Of a DNA stretch of 64,000 nt, positions 13,141-25,800 are shown in pieces. The stretch comes from Takakia lepidozioides. Lineage: Eukaryota; Plantae; Bryophyta. The stretch's first letter is position 1. Each line of letters opens with the position of its first letter. The stretch covers positions 70,928,001-70,992,000 of the forward strand of contig CM060732.1 in the NCBI GenBank assembly GCA_030704615.1. The letters run 5' to 3'. The translations under genes and the position numbers were made by a program. The notes below the pieces were generated by a model, which saw only the letters and a program-made list of their open reading frames with translations, did no database searches and was not told where the DNA came from.

Positions 13141-14727
13141 GTTTGCACCTTCTAAATCCCCAACGACTGTGAATGAATGATGAGATCAACTACGGAAAAA
13201 GAGACAAAGAGAGCGTATGAACAGTCCACTTATAACCCCTAGCAACTCCGGGACAAGGAGATTGTGCTCTGCGAAATGAAATTCAAAGCGTATGGAGTGT
13301 ATAAATTAAATTGTTTTGTGTTTCTCGTCATCAAGACTTACGCTGACAAGAGTGATGTGGGTCCTGCACCTCACTGACTCACCGTTAGAGGGAGGGCGCT
13401 ACCTTCATCAAAGGCAAAGTCTAGATCGCAGCCGTCGGGATGGCACCCTGCTCCCGTGTTCTCTTGGAGAGCGCAAGGAGAAGGGACTACACCGAAGGCC
13501 TTGTCGTCTTTTTGCGGTGAACGGGCGGCCTCATCCAGCAGACTAACGGGCCAGGCTGCTATGGAGCTCAAGCTGATATCCCCAATGGCAACGCCGAGCT
13601 CGAGACCCTCTCAATTGATGGCTTTGACGCTTTCCCGGTCCCAACAGATCGAAGGTACGCACAACTCTACATATGTCTGAACTGAGTGTCTCAGAGTGAT
13701 CCGGGCTCCATGTTATCCTTGCCCCATCCCAGCAGAAACTACAACCTTGTTAATCGGGAAAATTTCACTTCATTGTCGAACAAAGGCTGTAGAGGAACCT
13801 GGGTGTAAGCAACCTTGTCCTCCTTTCATTCAGCTCCTTCAGTATGGCTTGCTAGCGGCCAAAGGACCTGTGTGACACCCTATTTTGAGGGGAATACCTC
13901 TCAGTGTGAGAGTTAGGACAAGGCTCACACATAGCCCACGAGAATCTCATGGCAAGTTCCAAGAGGTGCAAGCATTATGAGCTCCCTCATCAATGTAGAG
14001 GGCTAGTTACCACAGATGTGATACGCAGTGATGTGGGCTTGCGGCAGTGCAGGGCCACACATTGCCGGAAGATTTGAGCTGGGAAAAGACACATGTATTC
14101 ATTGACCATCCCCTGCGAGTTTTGGCATAGTCCCCACAGGGTGTCGACCCCATTGGAGCCGTTTGTGGGATTTTTAGCTACCAGGATCTGGAATTGCAGC
14201 CCGCCAAAGATATGGTGCTCGCACATCCAACAATGATCGGGATCCAGGGATTTAGAACTAAGGTGAAAGGCCAATAGACATGATGTTGATTCCAGGGCAG
14301 GGAAGAGCAGAGAGAGATAGCTCAACTGTAGACTTGATGGGAGGATTCAACCCAGCATCCAGACCCAGGAGGGCCACAGCTTTCAGCATTGTCTCCAGCT
14401 TATTTAGTGAAGAAGTGTGTCGATGTTTGATTCTTTCAAAGACAACCTCTCCTTGAGCAGAGAACCAATTCCAATACCTCAGAGCATATTTACTCCCCAA
14501 AGACCAGACCTGAGGCTCTTTTTCTCTGCTGGGGTAACTTGGGTGGCCTATTCCAAGGTACAGCAGCCCACACAGTAAGGTCATTTACGGAGCCTTTCAG
14601 TCCCACTTGCTCATGAAAGGTAAGTGTAAAAATTGTGCTGTGCTTGAGCCTGTCTTGGTTGGAGCAACATTTCCTCCGTGGCCTGGTCTCTGTCTCATCT
14701 GACTTATCACGGGGGTGAATTCTAAGA

Positions 14728-14880
14728 GAATGTACTCATAAGACGTTGTTTTCCATAGCCTTGTGGCCATTGACCCCCGCCCAGTTTGAGCGGAAATTCT
14801 GAGAGAGATTGTACTCATAAGACAATGTTTGCCGTAGCCTTGTGGCCATTGACCCCATGCCCAGTTTGAGCGGAAAACTT

Positions 14881-14924
<44 letters not shown>
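14728..14924 (-). repeat. Two tandem ~70 bp LINE 3' tails next to a (GA)n microsatellite of about 20 units
   Basis: ATGTACTCATAAGACG..GCCCAGTTTGAGCGGAAA occurs twice (14730-14797, 14808-14877), separated by TTCTGAGAGAG and followed by (GA)n at 14883-14924. Confidence 0.85.
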
Positions 14925-14927
<3 letters not shown>

Positions 14928-15332
14928 TAATTTTCTGGAATCTTTCACTAGCGTTCTTCATTAAGATAGAGGTCAATTAGGATCTGTTAAAGATCTAGGC
15001 TGAAGTTTTGTACAAGACTGAGGCAATCAGGGAAAGTTCTCATGCCTTGCAGTTCTTGCTTGCAGGTCAAACGATGAGCATAGAACGGCCTCCGAGATCC
15101 TTCTCAGGGGTGGGACACCCGTGTCAACAATGAGGCTATATCTGAAAAACTTTTTCAAGGACTGAAGCTGGCAGGATGATGTTTTGTGGATGGAGTGTAT
15201 CTCCAGTTGCTTAAATTAATGACAATTTTGTCAATGCGAAATACAGTAAAACGTGTTCTAACTATTGATATTAGTCGGTTGTTTGAAAGATGATTGGAAC
15301 TTTGGTGGCTGTAGACTGTTGGATGGGAGGCC

Positions 15333-17908
15333 ATGGTAGAAGCCATGGCTGCTCAGCTATGCCCATCAACGGTTTTCACAGATTGTACTCATAAGACGTT
15401 GTTTGCCGTAGCCTTGTGGCCATTGACCCCGCGCCCAGTTTGAGCGGGAACAAAAGGGACAGAACCTACCTCTGTCAGGGGCTGACGTTGGTAGTAAGAC
15501 TTCCTCCATATATAGAATTAATCCGGGTTTTCCAGATATCCTCTAGAAATCCCTTCACACAAGCATCAATCTGCTGTGTGTGATTTGCCCAAAAACTAGG
15601 CCTCAGGAGGGCCTGGGCTTTTGGCTCAGCCTCGAGACTTTCAAAGTTGGTAAACAGGGGTACAGGCACAATACCCTTGATAGATTTGAAGAGAGCGTCT
15701 CTTTGGTGAGAGAACCCCGGACAGTGTTCAGAAAATGAATATTGTCTTCAGATTGCCCACACAACGGGCAATTGCACTCTCCCTTTCCTCTCTGCTTCTG
15801 TTTGCTGTTCAAAGGTAGGCTTCCTGCCCTGAGTTTAAATTTCAGTCTAGTGCCGAGAGTGGGTAGACCCTTGAGGTCATCCAAGATGTCCTCCCCCATG
15901 TCACAGACTGGAAACAAGTTCAGGGAAGTTTTCTGCCTAACTTCATTTTCATCAGACAATCTCATGGCAACAGACATGGCTGAGGACACTACAGCCTCTA
16001 AGTCAGATTTATCCAGCAGGGTCAAGACTTGCGGATCCAGGTCCAGGTCCTTGAGGATCTCTTCTACTCTCTTCTGCCAGGACTTGGCCTGTTTGACAGG
16101 GCGGTCCTGTTTAAAAAATATAGAGTCGATTAACTTAGGATATCTGGTGTTGGGCATATGTTGCAGCTGACCCCACCATCTGACCTTGAATTCATCTCGT
16201 CGGGAGCTTAAGGACGGAATGCCAAACTCACCCCGAACAGCCACATTGGCTGTTTTGGAGCATACTGACATACACTCCTTAAGCACCCCCACTTGAATGG
16301 ATTCTAGAGACTTAGCCTGGTTGGAGTTATCAACCCATATAGCAGATCCGTACTCCAAGGCAGGTCTAATAACGCGACAAAGCATGGTTTTCTTAACCTC
16401 AGAGTTGACCCCTCTGCAGTGGAAAAAATTAGTGAGCCCCAGAGCTTTGCCCTTGCCAGTTTGAACAACTTTCCGGATATGTGCATCCCAATTACAATTG
16501 GAGGAGAACTCAACGCCCAGGTAAGTGTAGGAAGGGAGGACCGGGATCTCTTGACTACCCCACTGCCACTTAAGATCACTTCCTCCCTCTCCTCTGTCGT
16601 TCAATGCTACCACTGCACATTTGCTGACATTAGCCTCTAGCCCCCAAAGATCAACGTATCTCTTCGCGCAATCAATCAACTCCTGGAGATTGGTTGGAGT
16701 CTCCCCTATGCCTGCGAAGTCAAGGGCTGGTATGGTGGTATCACCCACCCTTAACCCAAATCCCTCACTTTCCACATCCTCGAGGAGTTGATTGATGAAA
16801 ACTACACCTTGGTCTATGTCAAAGAAGTTGGACTTCTGTCCGTTAACAGTGACACAGCTTTTGGTGTGAGCATACAAGTTGTGGACAACTCTCCACATCT
16901 TTCCCTTGATCCCACAAGACCAGAGGCGGAACCATAGGCCATCTCTCCACACTGTGTAATAAGCCTTTTTGACATCCAGGAAAAAGACATAAATGGGTTT
17001 CCCTTCTTTTTTCCTTCCCTGGATAATCTGGCTTAGAGTGAAAATATGATCCACACAGCCCCTGTTTCGCCGAAAGCCAGCTTGGCCTTCGTGGAAACAA
17101 CCTCTAGACTCCAGATCAACCTCGAGACGAGTACTTATAACTCTGCAGAATGTCTTGCCAACAGCATTGAGGAGCCTGATGCCACGGTTTTCACAGAGAA
17201 GTCCAAGATCACACAGTCTTGAATCATGCAGGGTGGCGGGGTTGAATCAGGCACAGTTGATTGTTGGACATGAGACTAGCAGCATTGATCACACCTCCGC
17301 CATCACCACTGGTTTTAAAAGAGAGACAGCGAACTCGTCCTCCACACCAACAAGACTTCTGGTGGCACTTGCGGGGATGTGAGGACACTGTGTGAGGCAG
17401 GACAAATGAAAGAGGCATTGCATGTTTTAAATCAACAAAGCATCCGGGTTGACTCCAGTACTTATGTCTGTCTCTTGCATGAGTGCATCAACCTGAAAGG
17501 CCTACCACAGGGAAAGCAGGTGCATGCCCATGTTGTGCAAAGTGGATTCAAGCCAAGCATCTTTCTACCCAACACCCTTGTCAAAATGTATACCAAGTGT
17601 GGGAGCATAGTGGATGCTCGGCAAGTGTTTGACAAAATGCCTGAAAGAGATCCTTTACAGGGAATATAATGATTGGAGGATATGCCAATCATGAGTGTGG
17701 GAGGGAGGCTCTGAAGATCTATGAGCAAATGCAACAGGAAGGAGTGATGCCCAATAGGGTCACATTCATTTGTGTTCTGAATGTGTGTGCCAGCCTAGGA
17801 TCCTTGGAAAAGGGCAAAGAGATCTATGCTGATATTATTAAAGCTGGAATTCCATCATATATTAATCTGGAGAATACGCTCATCAACATGTATGCCAAAT
17901 GTAGATGA
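15333..17908 (+). pseudogene. PLS-class PPR gene relic, interrupted by a LINE and frameshifted
   Basis: PPR motifs in ORFs 17379-17669 (TYVCLLHEC..NTLVKMYTKCGSIVDARQVFDKMPERD) and 17669-17908 (EALKIYEQMQQEGVMPNRVTFICVLNVC..NTLINMYAKC). The putative N-terminus (ATG 15333) is separated from them by the LINE at 15383-17183. Confidence 0.8.
15383..17183 (-). mobile_element. Longest copy of the RTE/RTEX-like LINE, 5'-truncated, with a 14 bp TSD
   Basis: 483 aa ORF with RT motif FLDVKKAY and a CPLC zinc knuckle; TSD ACGGTTTTCACAGA at 15369-15382 and 17184-17197; family tail at the 15383 end. Confidence 0.93.
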
Positions 17909-18974
17909 TAGAATATTGCGGCCCAATTAGCTTTCGGCATCTCTATCTCCTTTTCTCCTCAGGGCATTGGGGCAGTTCAGGGCGGGCTCCCACAACCTAC
18001 GGATAGAGACTGGCAGACGGGAAACGTGCAGCGAGAGGACAGCCTATGTCCAGCATGCACAGGGCGCAACCAGGAAATTGAAACTGAAGAGCACTTCTTC
18101 CATTGCCCAGTTCAAATTGAGTTGCCCTAATCTGTTGTGATTGTATGTACACACTAGGAGACCCAGTGAGGGAAACAACCTTGCCATTTCCCCACACCTA
18201 AATAGCTTCATGTTTTGGAATTCTCACCCTCGGCAAAGTGGCTCTTAGTTATGCCAGCCTCAGCCCAAGTCATCTCTCTCTCTCTATGCCAACCCAAATC
18301 CCTATAATGGACGGGTATGGGTCTATATGTCATGTAAAAACAAATTTAAACATCAGAAGGAGCTTGAAAGGGAGAAACCTTATTAAAAAGAAAAAATAAT
18401 AAGAACCCAATTTTGCTGGCAAAAATCCAAGTTTCGCAAGCGAAACCCATTTTTGGGGTGGTTCTTGGGAATGTTCTACACACAATGTTTTACCAAATGC
18501 CACATTGTTTACATTCGCTGATCTTTGAGTCCTGGCAGATATATTTGTCAAGCTTTGTTTTGTAAGTTTTATTGCATGAGCACATTTTGGTTTCACTATC
18601 GCATATTCTCCGAATTCTTGGGAAATATGTGGAATATGCCTTTGTGTTCGCCTCAGCCTTTCTCACAAGCTACCGCAACCTCTCTTGAATGTGTAAAGAA
18701 ACCAAACAAAAATGATTAAAGTAATATTAGATCACATTCGCAAAAACAATGATATGAATACAATCTGTTTTTTCCCTTCCTGGGCAACTTAAGAAATGAC
18801 CACGATGACATGGTGACGGTGAGGGTTTTCAAGAATCAATTTTTCTTTTTTGCAGTCCGGGCAGCTTATTTTAGCATGAAGTAGAATTGCTTATCTTCTG
18901 TGTATTCGTAGGTGACGATGTACTCTCCCAATACTTATTGTAACTTTGTATGGATTCAACGGTTTTTGAGTAAT

Positions 18975-19400
18975 GTTACTACTCCCTATATATACTTCCG
19001 TGACTGTCCGCGAGGGTTTCACAAACAACACAGTCATTTTATGGCGAACCACCACGAAGACCCTTGATTCCCAGTGATGAGTCGCGATGAGTCTTGGCCC
19101 ACCCACCACGGCCCCAATGGACAAGACTCCCCACGATTCTCACCACAAGGTCTTCGCCCCATGGTGAGTCTTATGTCACCCCCACTAAGACCCACTAAGC
19201 TACCACAACCCCTCGTGGAACCACCCCCACCGCAACCCAGTGTGTGGGGCTCCACCTAGTGAGTGTTTCCGCCTCCTTGAGTGCCTTGGGCACTCAAGGG
19301 TGCTTCCCCCCCCCCCTACCTATTGTTGCCACTACCCCCACCACAGGGGCAGACCCTCTTGTGTCCCGACCCCCTGCCCTCAAGGCAAAGGGCCGCGACA
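18975..19400 (-). mobile_element. 5' half of a split solo LTR (same family as 20127-20852)
   Basis: Reverse complement matches 20127-20565 from TGTCGCGGCCC to GGGAGTAGTAAC; followed by ACAAT at 19401-19405. Confidence 0.85.
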
Positions 19401-20003
19401 ACAATAATCTAAATACAATTTGTTTTTTCCCTTCCTGGGCAGCTTAAGAAATGACCACGATGACATGGCGACGGTGAGGGTTTTCAAGAATCAGTTTTTC
19501 TTTTGTGCAGTCCGGGCAGCTTTAAAAAAAATTGATGACGATGTGGCATATGAAACGTGGTGACCATGATGTGACAACCAAATGTGACGACCATAACATG
19601 GCACCGGCGCCCCGCGAATTTACGGTAGCCACGTCGTAATGACTGGGGCTCCCTGGTCCCCAGTAGCGCACCTCCCGAGGCTTCACACGCCTGGCCACAC
19701 ATGTGGACCCGCCCCCTGCATATTCGTCAAAATTGGCTCGCCCATTGCCCTAAAATTTTGTTTTTCCCTCTTTGCCTTTCCCTGCCTGGACCTCGCATGC
19801 TCGGACCTTGCACATTATGCAATTTGGGGAATGGTAAGAACAACATTCCAGAGGGTACTCTAACATTATTTGGATTAAGCAATTTTAAACTTGACATGAA
19901 CAGCCTTCCGAAAGGTATCCATCACGCATGACCTAATTGGTAGGAACAACTGTCCGTAAGGTATTTTAAAAAAATTGTTTGGATTTTTATGCAAGTTAAA
20001 AAA

Positions 20004-21397
20004 GCCTCTCATTTTATGATATTAGGGTAATGAATGCAAGCGTGCGAGAAGGATGGTGGGCCCGTCGTCCGGACGAGGGGCGCTCCCCCACCCGGGCCAC
20101 CCCGCCCACGCTGCCAACGCTCGTGCTGTCGCGGCCCTTTGCCTTGAGGGCAGGGGGTCGGGACACATGAGGGGCTACCCCTGTGGTGGGGGCAGCGGCA
20201 GCGATAGGTATGAGGGGCTGAAGCACCCGTGAGTGCCCAAGGCACTCAAGGAGGCGGAGGCGCTCACTAGGTGGAGCCCCGCACACCGGGTTGCGGTGGG
20301 GGTGGCTCCACAAGGGGTGGTGGTAGCTTAGCGGGACTTAGTGGGGGTGGCATAGGACTCACCATGGGGGCGGAGACCTCGTGGTGGGAGTCGTGGGGAG
20401 TCTTGGGACTCATCACGGTCCATAGGGGCCGTGGTGAGTGGGCCAAGACTCACCGCGACTCATCACCGGGAGTCGAGGGTTTTTGTGGTGGTTCGCCATA
20501 AAATGGCATGGCTGGTTGTGAAACCCCCGCGGACAGCTACAGAAGTATATATAGGGAGTAGTAACCCCGAGAACGGTGCAAGCCCGTTGGTGACCAAAAA
20601 CTAGTGAGTAAGCGAGCGAGCCGGAAAGCGACCAAAGAGTGGGGAGCTGTTCCGGACTGCCAACTACCAAAGGGAATTCCCGCTGGTTCCAAATCGGTGG
20701 AGGGTTCTTTGGGAAATCAAGGGGGGACCATTATGCCCCGGTGAGCAGCCGAAGCTCCAAGTTGGTCCGGCAGCCAGGTTGGGAGTTAGGCGCGCGCATC
20801 AAGCTAACAACTATGACTTGAAGGGGAGCTTACCGAATTGAGGTGCGCGACACGTGTGGTCACCCACGCCCGCTTGTGCCGCGGCCGCTACCTCCGCGGT
20901 TGCACCAGCCGCGGCCCAAAAGCCTCCGCGGTTGCTCCGCCTAGGGTCCGTCGCCCACGGGTCCGTTGGGGCTAGTCCGCTGCGGCAATTGGCTCTGCTA
21001 CGCGGTCCGCTCTGCCATCCGGTCCGCTCCCGCCGCAAGATCTGGACCGTCCAGGAGGAAACCCATCGACCCAACCCTCCAATTTAGGGCACCATGCCAC
21101 GCCTTATCTCTGCCGCCTGCGGTATCGCTCTCTTTGTTAATGTACGAAACTGCGTTGCGTTCCTGCGGAACGCGTTGCCTCGCACAGTGTTCGTCACTTC
21201 GTGTTATCGTGACATTATAATGATTTGGAAGGGCAGGAGAGGAGTCGCAGCCCTACAACCACCATCGTGCATATGTTTCCACTATTTTCGTCATTTTTTT
21301 GTTGGCGACGGGCCCTTGTTTGGCGATTAAATTGTACATGTAATGCGTTTTGCCCACATGGTTTGTGTGCCCGCTCATTTTGAATGGCCAATGTGTC
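20004..21397. mobile_element. Terminal fragment of a MULE related to the 48816-60993 element, interrupted by a solo LTR
   Basis: Starts GCCTCTCATTTTATGATATTAGGGT (cf. TIR GCCTCTCATTTTAAGATAATAGGGT). 21070-21300 matches the reverse complement of 60380-60610 (shared ALQPPSCICFHYF in the ORF track). Confidence 0.75.
20127..20852 (+). mobile_element. Complete solo LTR (~726 bp)
   Basis: TGTCGCG...CGCGACA termini, TATA-like TATATATA at ~20547, near-perfect 5 bp TSD CGTGC/CGTGT; further copies at 18975-19400 + 21398-21675 and at 63706-64000. Confidence 0.88.
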
Positions 21398-21675
21398 CCC
21401 GAGAACGGTGCAAGCCCGTTGGTGACCAAAAACTAGCGAGTAAACATGCGAGCCGGAAAGCGACCAAGGTGTGGGGAGCTGTTCCGGACTGCCAACACCA
21501 AAGGGAATTTTCCTCTAGGCCCGAAGTGGGCGAGGGTCTCGTGGAGGAGCAAAGGGGGACCGTTATGCCCTGGTGAGCAGCCGAAGCTCCGAGTTGGCCC
21601 GGCGGCCAATTTGGGAGTTAGGCGCGTGCATCAAAGCAAATAACTATGACTTGAACTGCAGTGAGGTGCGCGACA
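21398..21675 (+). mobile_element. 3' half of the split solo LTR
   Basis: Matches 20566-20852 from CCCGAGAACGGTGC to GTGCGCGACA; followed by ATTGT. Confidence 0.85.
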
Positions 21676-22276
21676 ATTGTTTTTGCGAATGTGATCTAAT
21701 ATCACTTTAATCATTTTTTTTTGTTCCTTCACACATTCAAGAGAGGTTGGGGTAGCGTGTGAGCAGGGCTCAAGCGAGCACAAAGGCATATTCCACATAT
21801 TCCCCAAGAATTCGGAGAATATGTGATAGCAAAACCAAATGTGCTCATGCGACAAAACTTACAAAACAAAGCTTAACTCACGTGAGCACAAAGACCCACA
21901 AATATATCTGCCAGGACTCAAAGATTAGCGAATGTAAACAATGTGGCATTTGGTAAAACATTGTGTGTAGAACATTCCCAAGAACCTCCCCAAAAATGGG
22001 TTTCGCTTGTGAAACTTGGATTTTGCCAATGAAATTGGGTTTTTATTATTTTTTTCTTTTAATAAGGTTTCTCCCTTTCAAGCTCCTTCTGATGTTTAAA
22101 TTTGTTTTTACATGACATATAGACCCATATCTGTCCATTATAGGGATTTGGGCTGGCATAGAGAGAGAGATGACTTCGGCTGAGGCTGGCATAACTAAGA
22201 GCCACTTTGCCGAGGGTGAGAATTCCAAAACATGAAGCTATTTAGGTGTGGGGAAATGGCAAGGTTGTTTCCCTTA

Positions 22277-22475
22277 CTGGGTCTCCTAGTGTGTACATAC
22301 AATCACAATAGATTAGGACAACTCAATTTGAACTGTAAACTAACCAGAATTCTTGCTTGGTGTGGGCAGGGCCCTCACTGGGTCTCCTAGTGTGTACATA
22401 CAATCACAACAGATTAGGACAACTCAATTTGAATTGTAAACTATCTAGAATTCTTGCTTGGTGTGGCCAGGGTCA
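22277..22475. repeat. 101 bp tandem duplication
   Basis: CTGGGTCTCCTAGTGTGTACATAC..TTGGTGTGG(G/C)CAGGG starts at both 22277 and 22378. Confidence 0.85.
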
Positions 22476-22852
22476 CTTTCATAATTGGACTTATGTTGTT
22501 TCTGGCCGGGGCGGGCCTGAATCAACAGATAGATGCCTCTTGGTATGGGAACACGTGTCCAGTGGCAGGACCCATGGTCTTTCCTGGGGCTGACTTGTTG
22601 GCACTTGCCACGGTATTGTTTGTAGGCATTTATTACGTTGCTACCATCAGTGAAAGAAATGCAGCTTGGTCAGCTCCACAGCTTCCTCAGTATGGCCAGC
22701 ACGGTATTGCCATGGGGCAGCCAGCATATGGAGTCCCAAGAGGGTTCCCCTATGGACCTCAGCCAACACCTTCACAGACATATCCAGTGCCTGCACACCC
22801 AATCTATGGACAAGATGGCCAAATGAAGGGAGTGAAGTGCCTGTTGCAATGA
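22471..22852 (+). pseudogene. Orphan last exon of a DUF1218 (MWL/VCC-like) small membrane protein gene
   Basis: After the acceptor GGCCAG: VTFIIGLMLFLAGAGLN..C......VF.GA.LLALATV..GIYYV..GIAMGQP, the pattern of DUF1218 C-terminal exons. No upstream exons are recognisable because the region 5' of it is rearranged. Confidence 0.65.
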
Positions 22853-25800
22853 TGAGTCAAACTGGCCTTGGGATTGATGTATCACATTAGTCATGATCCT
22901 TACTAACTGGCCTTGATGGCCAGCTCACATACAGACTTTCCGGGACCATGAGGAATTACTTGGTTCAATCCTTAACTGCCTATACACATGCTGATTTCAC
23001 AAGGATATTCCACCACCTCATTGCAGATTTTTGAAGCTACAAAATCTACGACAAATTAAGCAAATCAACCTAACAGGTTATATGTCCCACTTCTGTCACC
23101 ATACCAAAAACCTAGAACATTATACAGTTGATTTGAGAAACATGTGTTTCAGAGGACCAAATGTCATGTTGATAATGCCACCTTCAGTCCAAGTCCCAAG
23201 GCAGTACATTCCACATGCTCCTTTGTAATGTCCTTTAGGGAGCTCATCGCCATCAAAATTTTGAATTCCTCTGGTCAGCATGTGCATAACACGAAGCTAC
23301 ATTTTCACAGACCATTGCTTTTTAGTTCGCATCGGTTGCACCTTGCCTTGGTCTCGCATCTACTCAAAGTTCTCAACCTAGTATGATGATTTCCTTATGA
23401 TCTCTCCAATTTCACAAAACACAAAAAAGAAGAAGTACATGTACACGGAACAACAAATGGAGTGTGGAGTCTAGCCCTTAAAGGACAAGACCTCTTTTGG
23501 CGGGCCACCCCCAAAAGCGTACATATCTGCCTCTCTTGGGCTCTATCTTGCTACCCTCAATCATCCATAAATTTGAACCTTACAAATACATTCCTGACTA
23601 CCACATTCATCTACCCCCAGAAAATCAGGACGATCCACCGTTGGAATGGGTAGATTGTAACTAATACTATTGTGAATTTCTTAACCCACTCAAAAATTGC
23701 ACAACAAAAATGGTTTGACCAAATGTTAAATTCAAGTGTCCAGTTTTTGAGGCAGATGCCCTCCATAATCTGATTACATGGTACCCAAGGGACTCTCTCC
23801 CCCAAAAAGTAGAACCAAATTCCAAAAATACAGATAGGCTGCTTTGTAATAGATAATGGCCATGGGGCGGACCCAGCGGGCCGCGAGCAGGGTCAACCGG
23901 TGGCCATTATCGAATGTAATTGGAATGGGGGACCCTAGATGTCGCTATCAAAGCTACGATAGCAAAGAAAATCTTACCACGTGCTGCAATTTGGCAAACT
24001 CCCTTGACAAGTGAAGGGCCAAACCTTGCAAAACATTGGGTGGAACCTGTAATACGACCCGGCCCATGTCCAATTACGTATGTGAAATCTGGGGGGCTAA
24101 ATTATCGTAGTTTGGCTAGAACCCAAGTACACTCATGAGATGATGATTGCTTTCTAATTCCTGTGGTAAGTAACAATGATTTTTTTCTTAAATTTGAAAA
24201 ATAGCACGAGTGGCTACAAGAAATAGCTATATATTTTGTTCATCCATTGAAAATTTGGATAGAATCATCCTCCTATGTACTTTCATCCATTTATATCATC
24301 CATATTTGGCAAATTCATCCATTATTATTTTTTTCCTTATAGAAGTTTGGCGATTTCATCCATGAAAAATTGGGAATTTACGACAGAATATTTTGGTAAG
24401 TAAGTGCCCATTAACATTGCATTTGTCAAAAAAATTGGCATTTTGATAAAATCTGAGCCCTAGATGTTGATTCATCATTTGGCTTGCCATGGAAGCAAGT
24501 GAACGCTAAATTTTCGCTTTGAAAAATTCTAGGAAGCAGAGCTCTTAATATTTCATAGTCCTAATCCACTTCCATCCACTCACATCAAGCGATGGATCGT
24601 GGCAAACGACTGAAGCCCCGAATCGCTTAGTCGTTTAGGGGCTGGACTTGTGTTGGACCGAAACTAAGACCGCTAACCAAACTTTGAAGGGCAAGGTCCA
24701 GTGTCCAGTGCAGTAGATATTGCCTTATCTAAGAGGACAAACATGGACATACACATAGACAACCTCAACGACAACAGCTCCCTTGCCCAGACCGTCCAAG
24801 AGACCCAGCAGCCTGTTCTGCGCTCTAGGCACACCGAAGATTTCGGACCTCAAAAGACCCCACAGAAGACTGAGGAACCATTTTGTCCGGGAACATTGCA
24901 CCTACTTCCGTTTGGGGTTCTCTCCTAGGTCTGCCCGCCAGAAGACGATCCGCATTTCTTCCTTTTTTTCCACAGATATGTGCAGTCCAATCTGATGGCC
25001 TCAACTATTCACTAATCTGAACAGAATTGATTGAATGTCATGCGTGATGACGATGCGCATGACATACTTGAGGAGGTAACGTTTTCGCTCTGCCTGAACC
25101 ATTCGGACTGCATTTTTTGGAGACTTTTCATTACAACAAGAAGTGGGTTTTTGGACTCTGTGGTTGACTATTTCTTGAGTCAAAAGTGACACTTTGACTG
25201 TCGCAAAATACTGTGACAAGCAGTGACAATGGTCGAGTCGTTTTCAGTTCAGTTGACCAAATCAAGGTGTCAGGTTTCTGACAGCATCTGACAGTCAAAT
25301 GTGACAATAAAACAGAGGGGATGACGTGTAGTAAAGTGATTTAACTACAGTATGACATGGATGCGACGTGTACATGGCGTAGCTATGATGTGGCTATGGT
25401 GTGTAGTAAAGTGGTTCAACTACATTATGACGTGAATGCATGACGTGTAGTAAAAAGGTTCTGCTGTAGTATGACATGGACGTATGACGTGACGTATATA
25501 TATATATATATATATATAAATTCCCGGTTTACCAAGAGAAATATCGATACGGATATTTAAGAATTTTCCTTCCAATGAGACAGAGTTAGTTCGAATAGAA
25601 AGTGGGAAAAGTCTGGAGAAATGGATTATCAATTTTATATAAACATCGTCAATTGGGACGTAAATGGATTAGTATGTGGTGTTGTCTGATAGATGGATAT
25701 CCAGAGTTCATGAAAGAGCAGATTAAGGAAATGAAGATAGAAAGTCTCCAATTGGATTTATGGGAGAAGTATAACAGCGAAGTAAAAATCATTTGCATAG

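Larger units (their letters stand above)
18108..22335. repeat. Large inverted repeat, arms ~18108-18750 and ~21676-22335
   Basis: CAGTTCAAATTGAGTTG..CACATTCGCAAAAACAAT is mirrored by ATTGTTTTTGCGAATGTG..CAACTCAATTTGAACTG. The ORF track shows mirrored peptides (HIWFCYHIFSEFLGNMWNMPLCS vs TFWFHYRIFSEFLGNMWNMPLCS). Confidence 0.9.

Noticed and set aside
13316-13680. Possible first exon of a gene divergent from GlnRS (donor-like AAG|GTACG at ~13653)
   Set aside because: No recognisable protein motif, no clear start codon and no downstream exon could be linked.
13990-14700. Possible decayed L1-type LINE C-terminus
   Set aside because: Only vague Trp/Cys-rich patches; no diagnostic motif.
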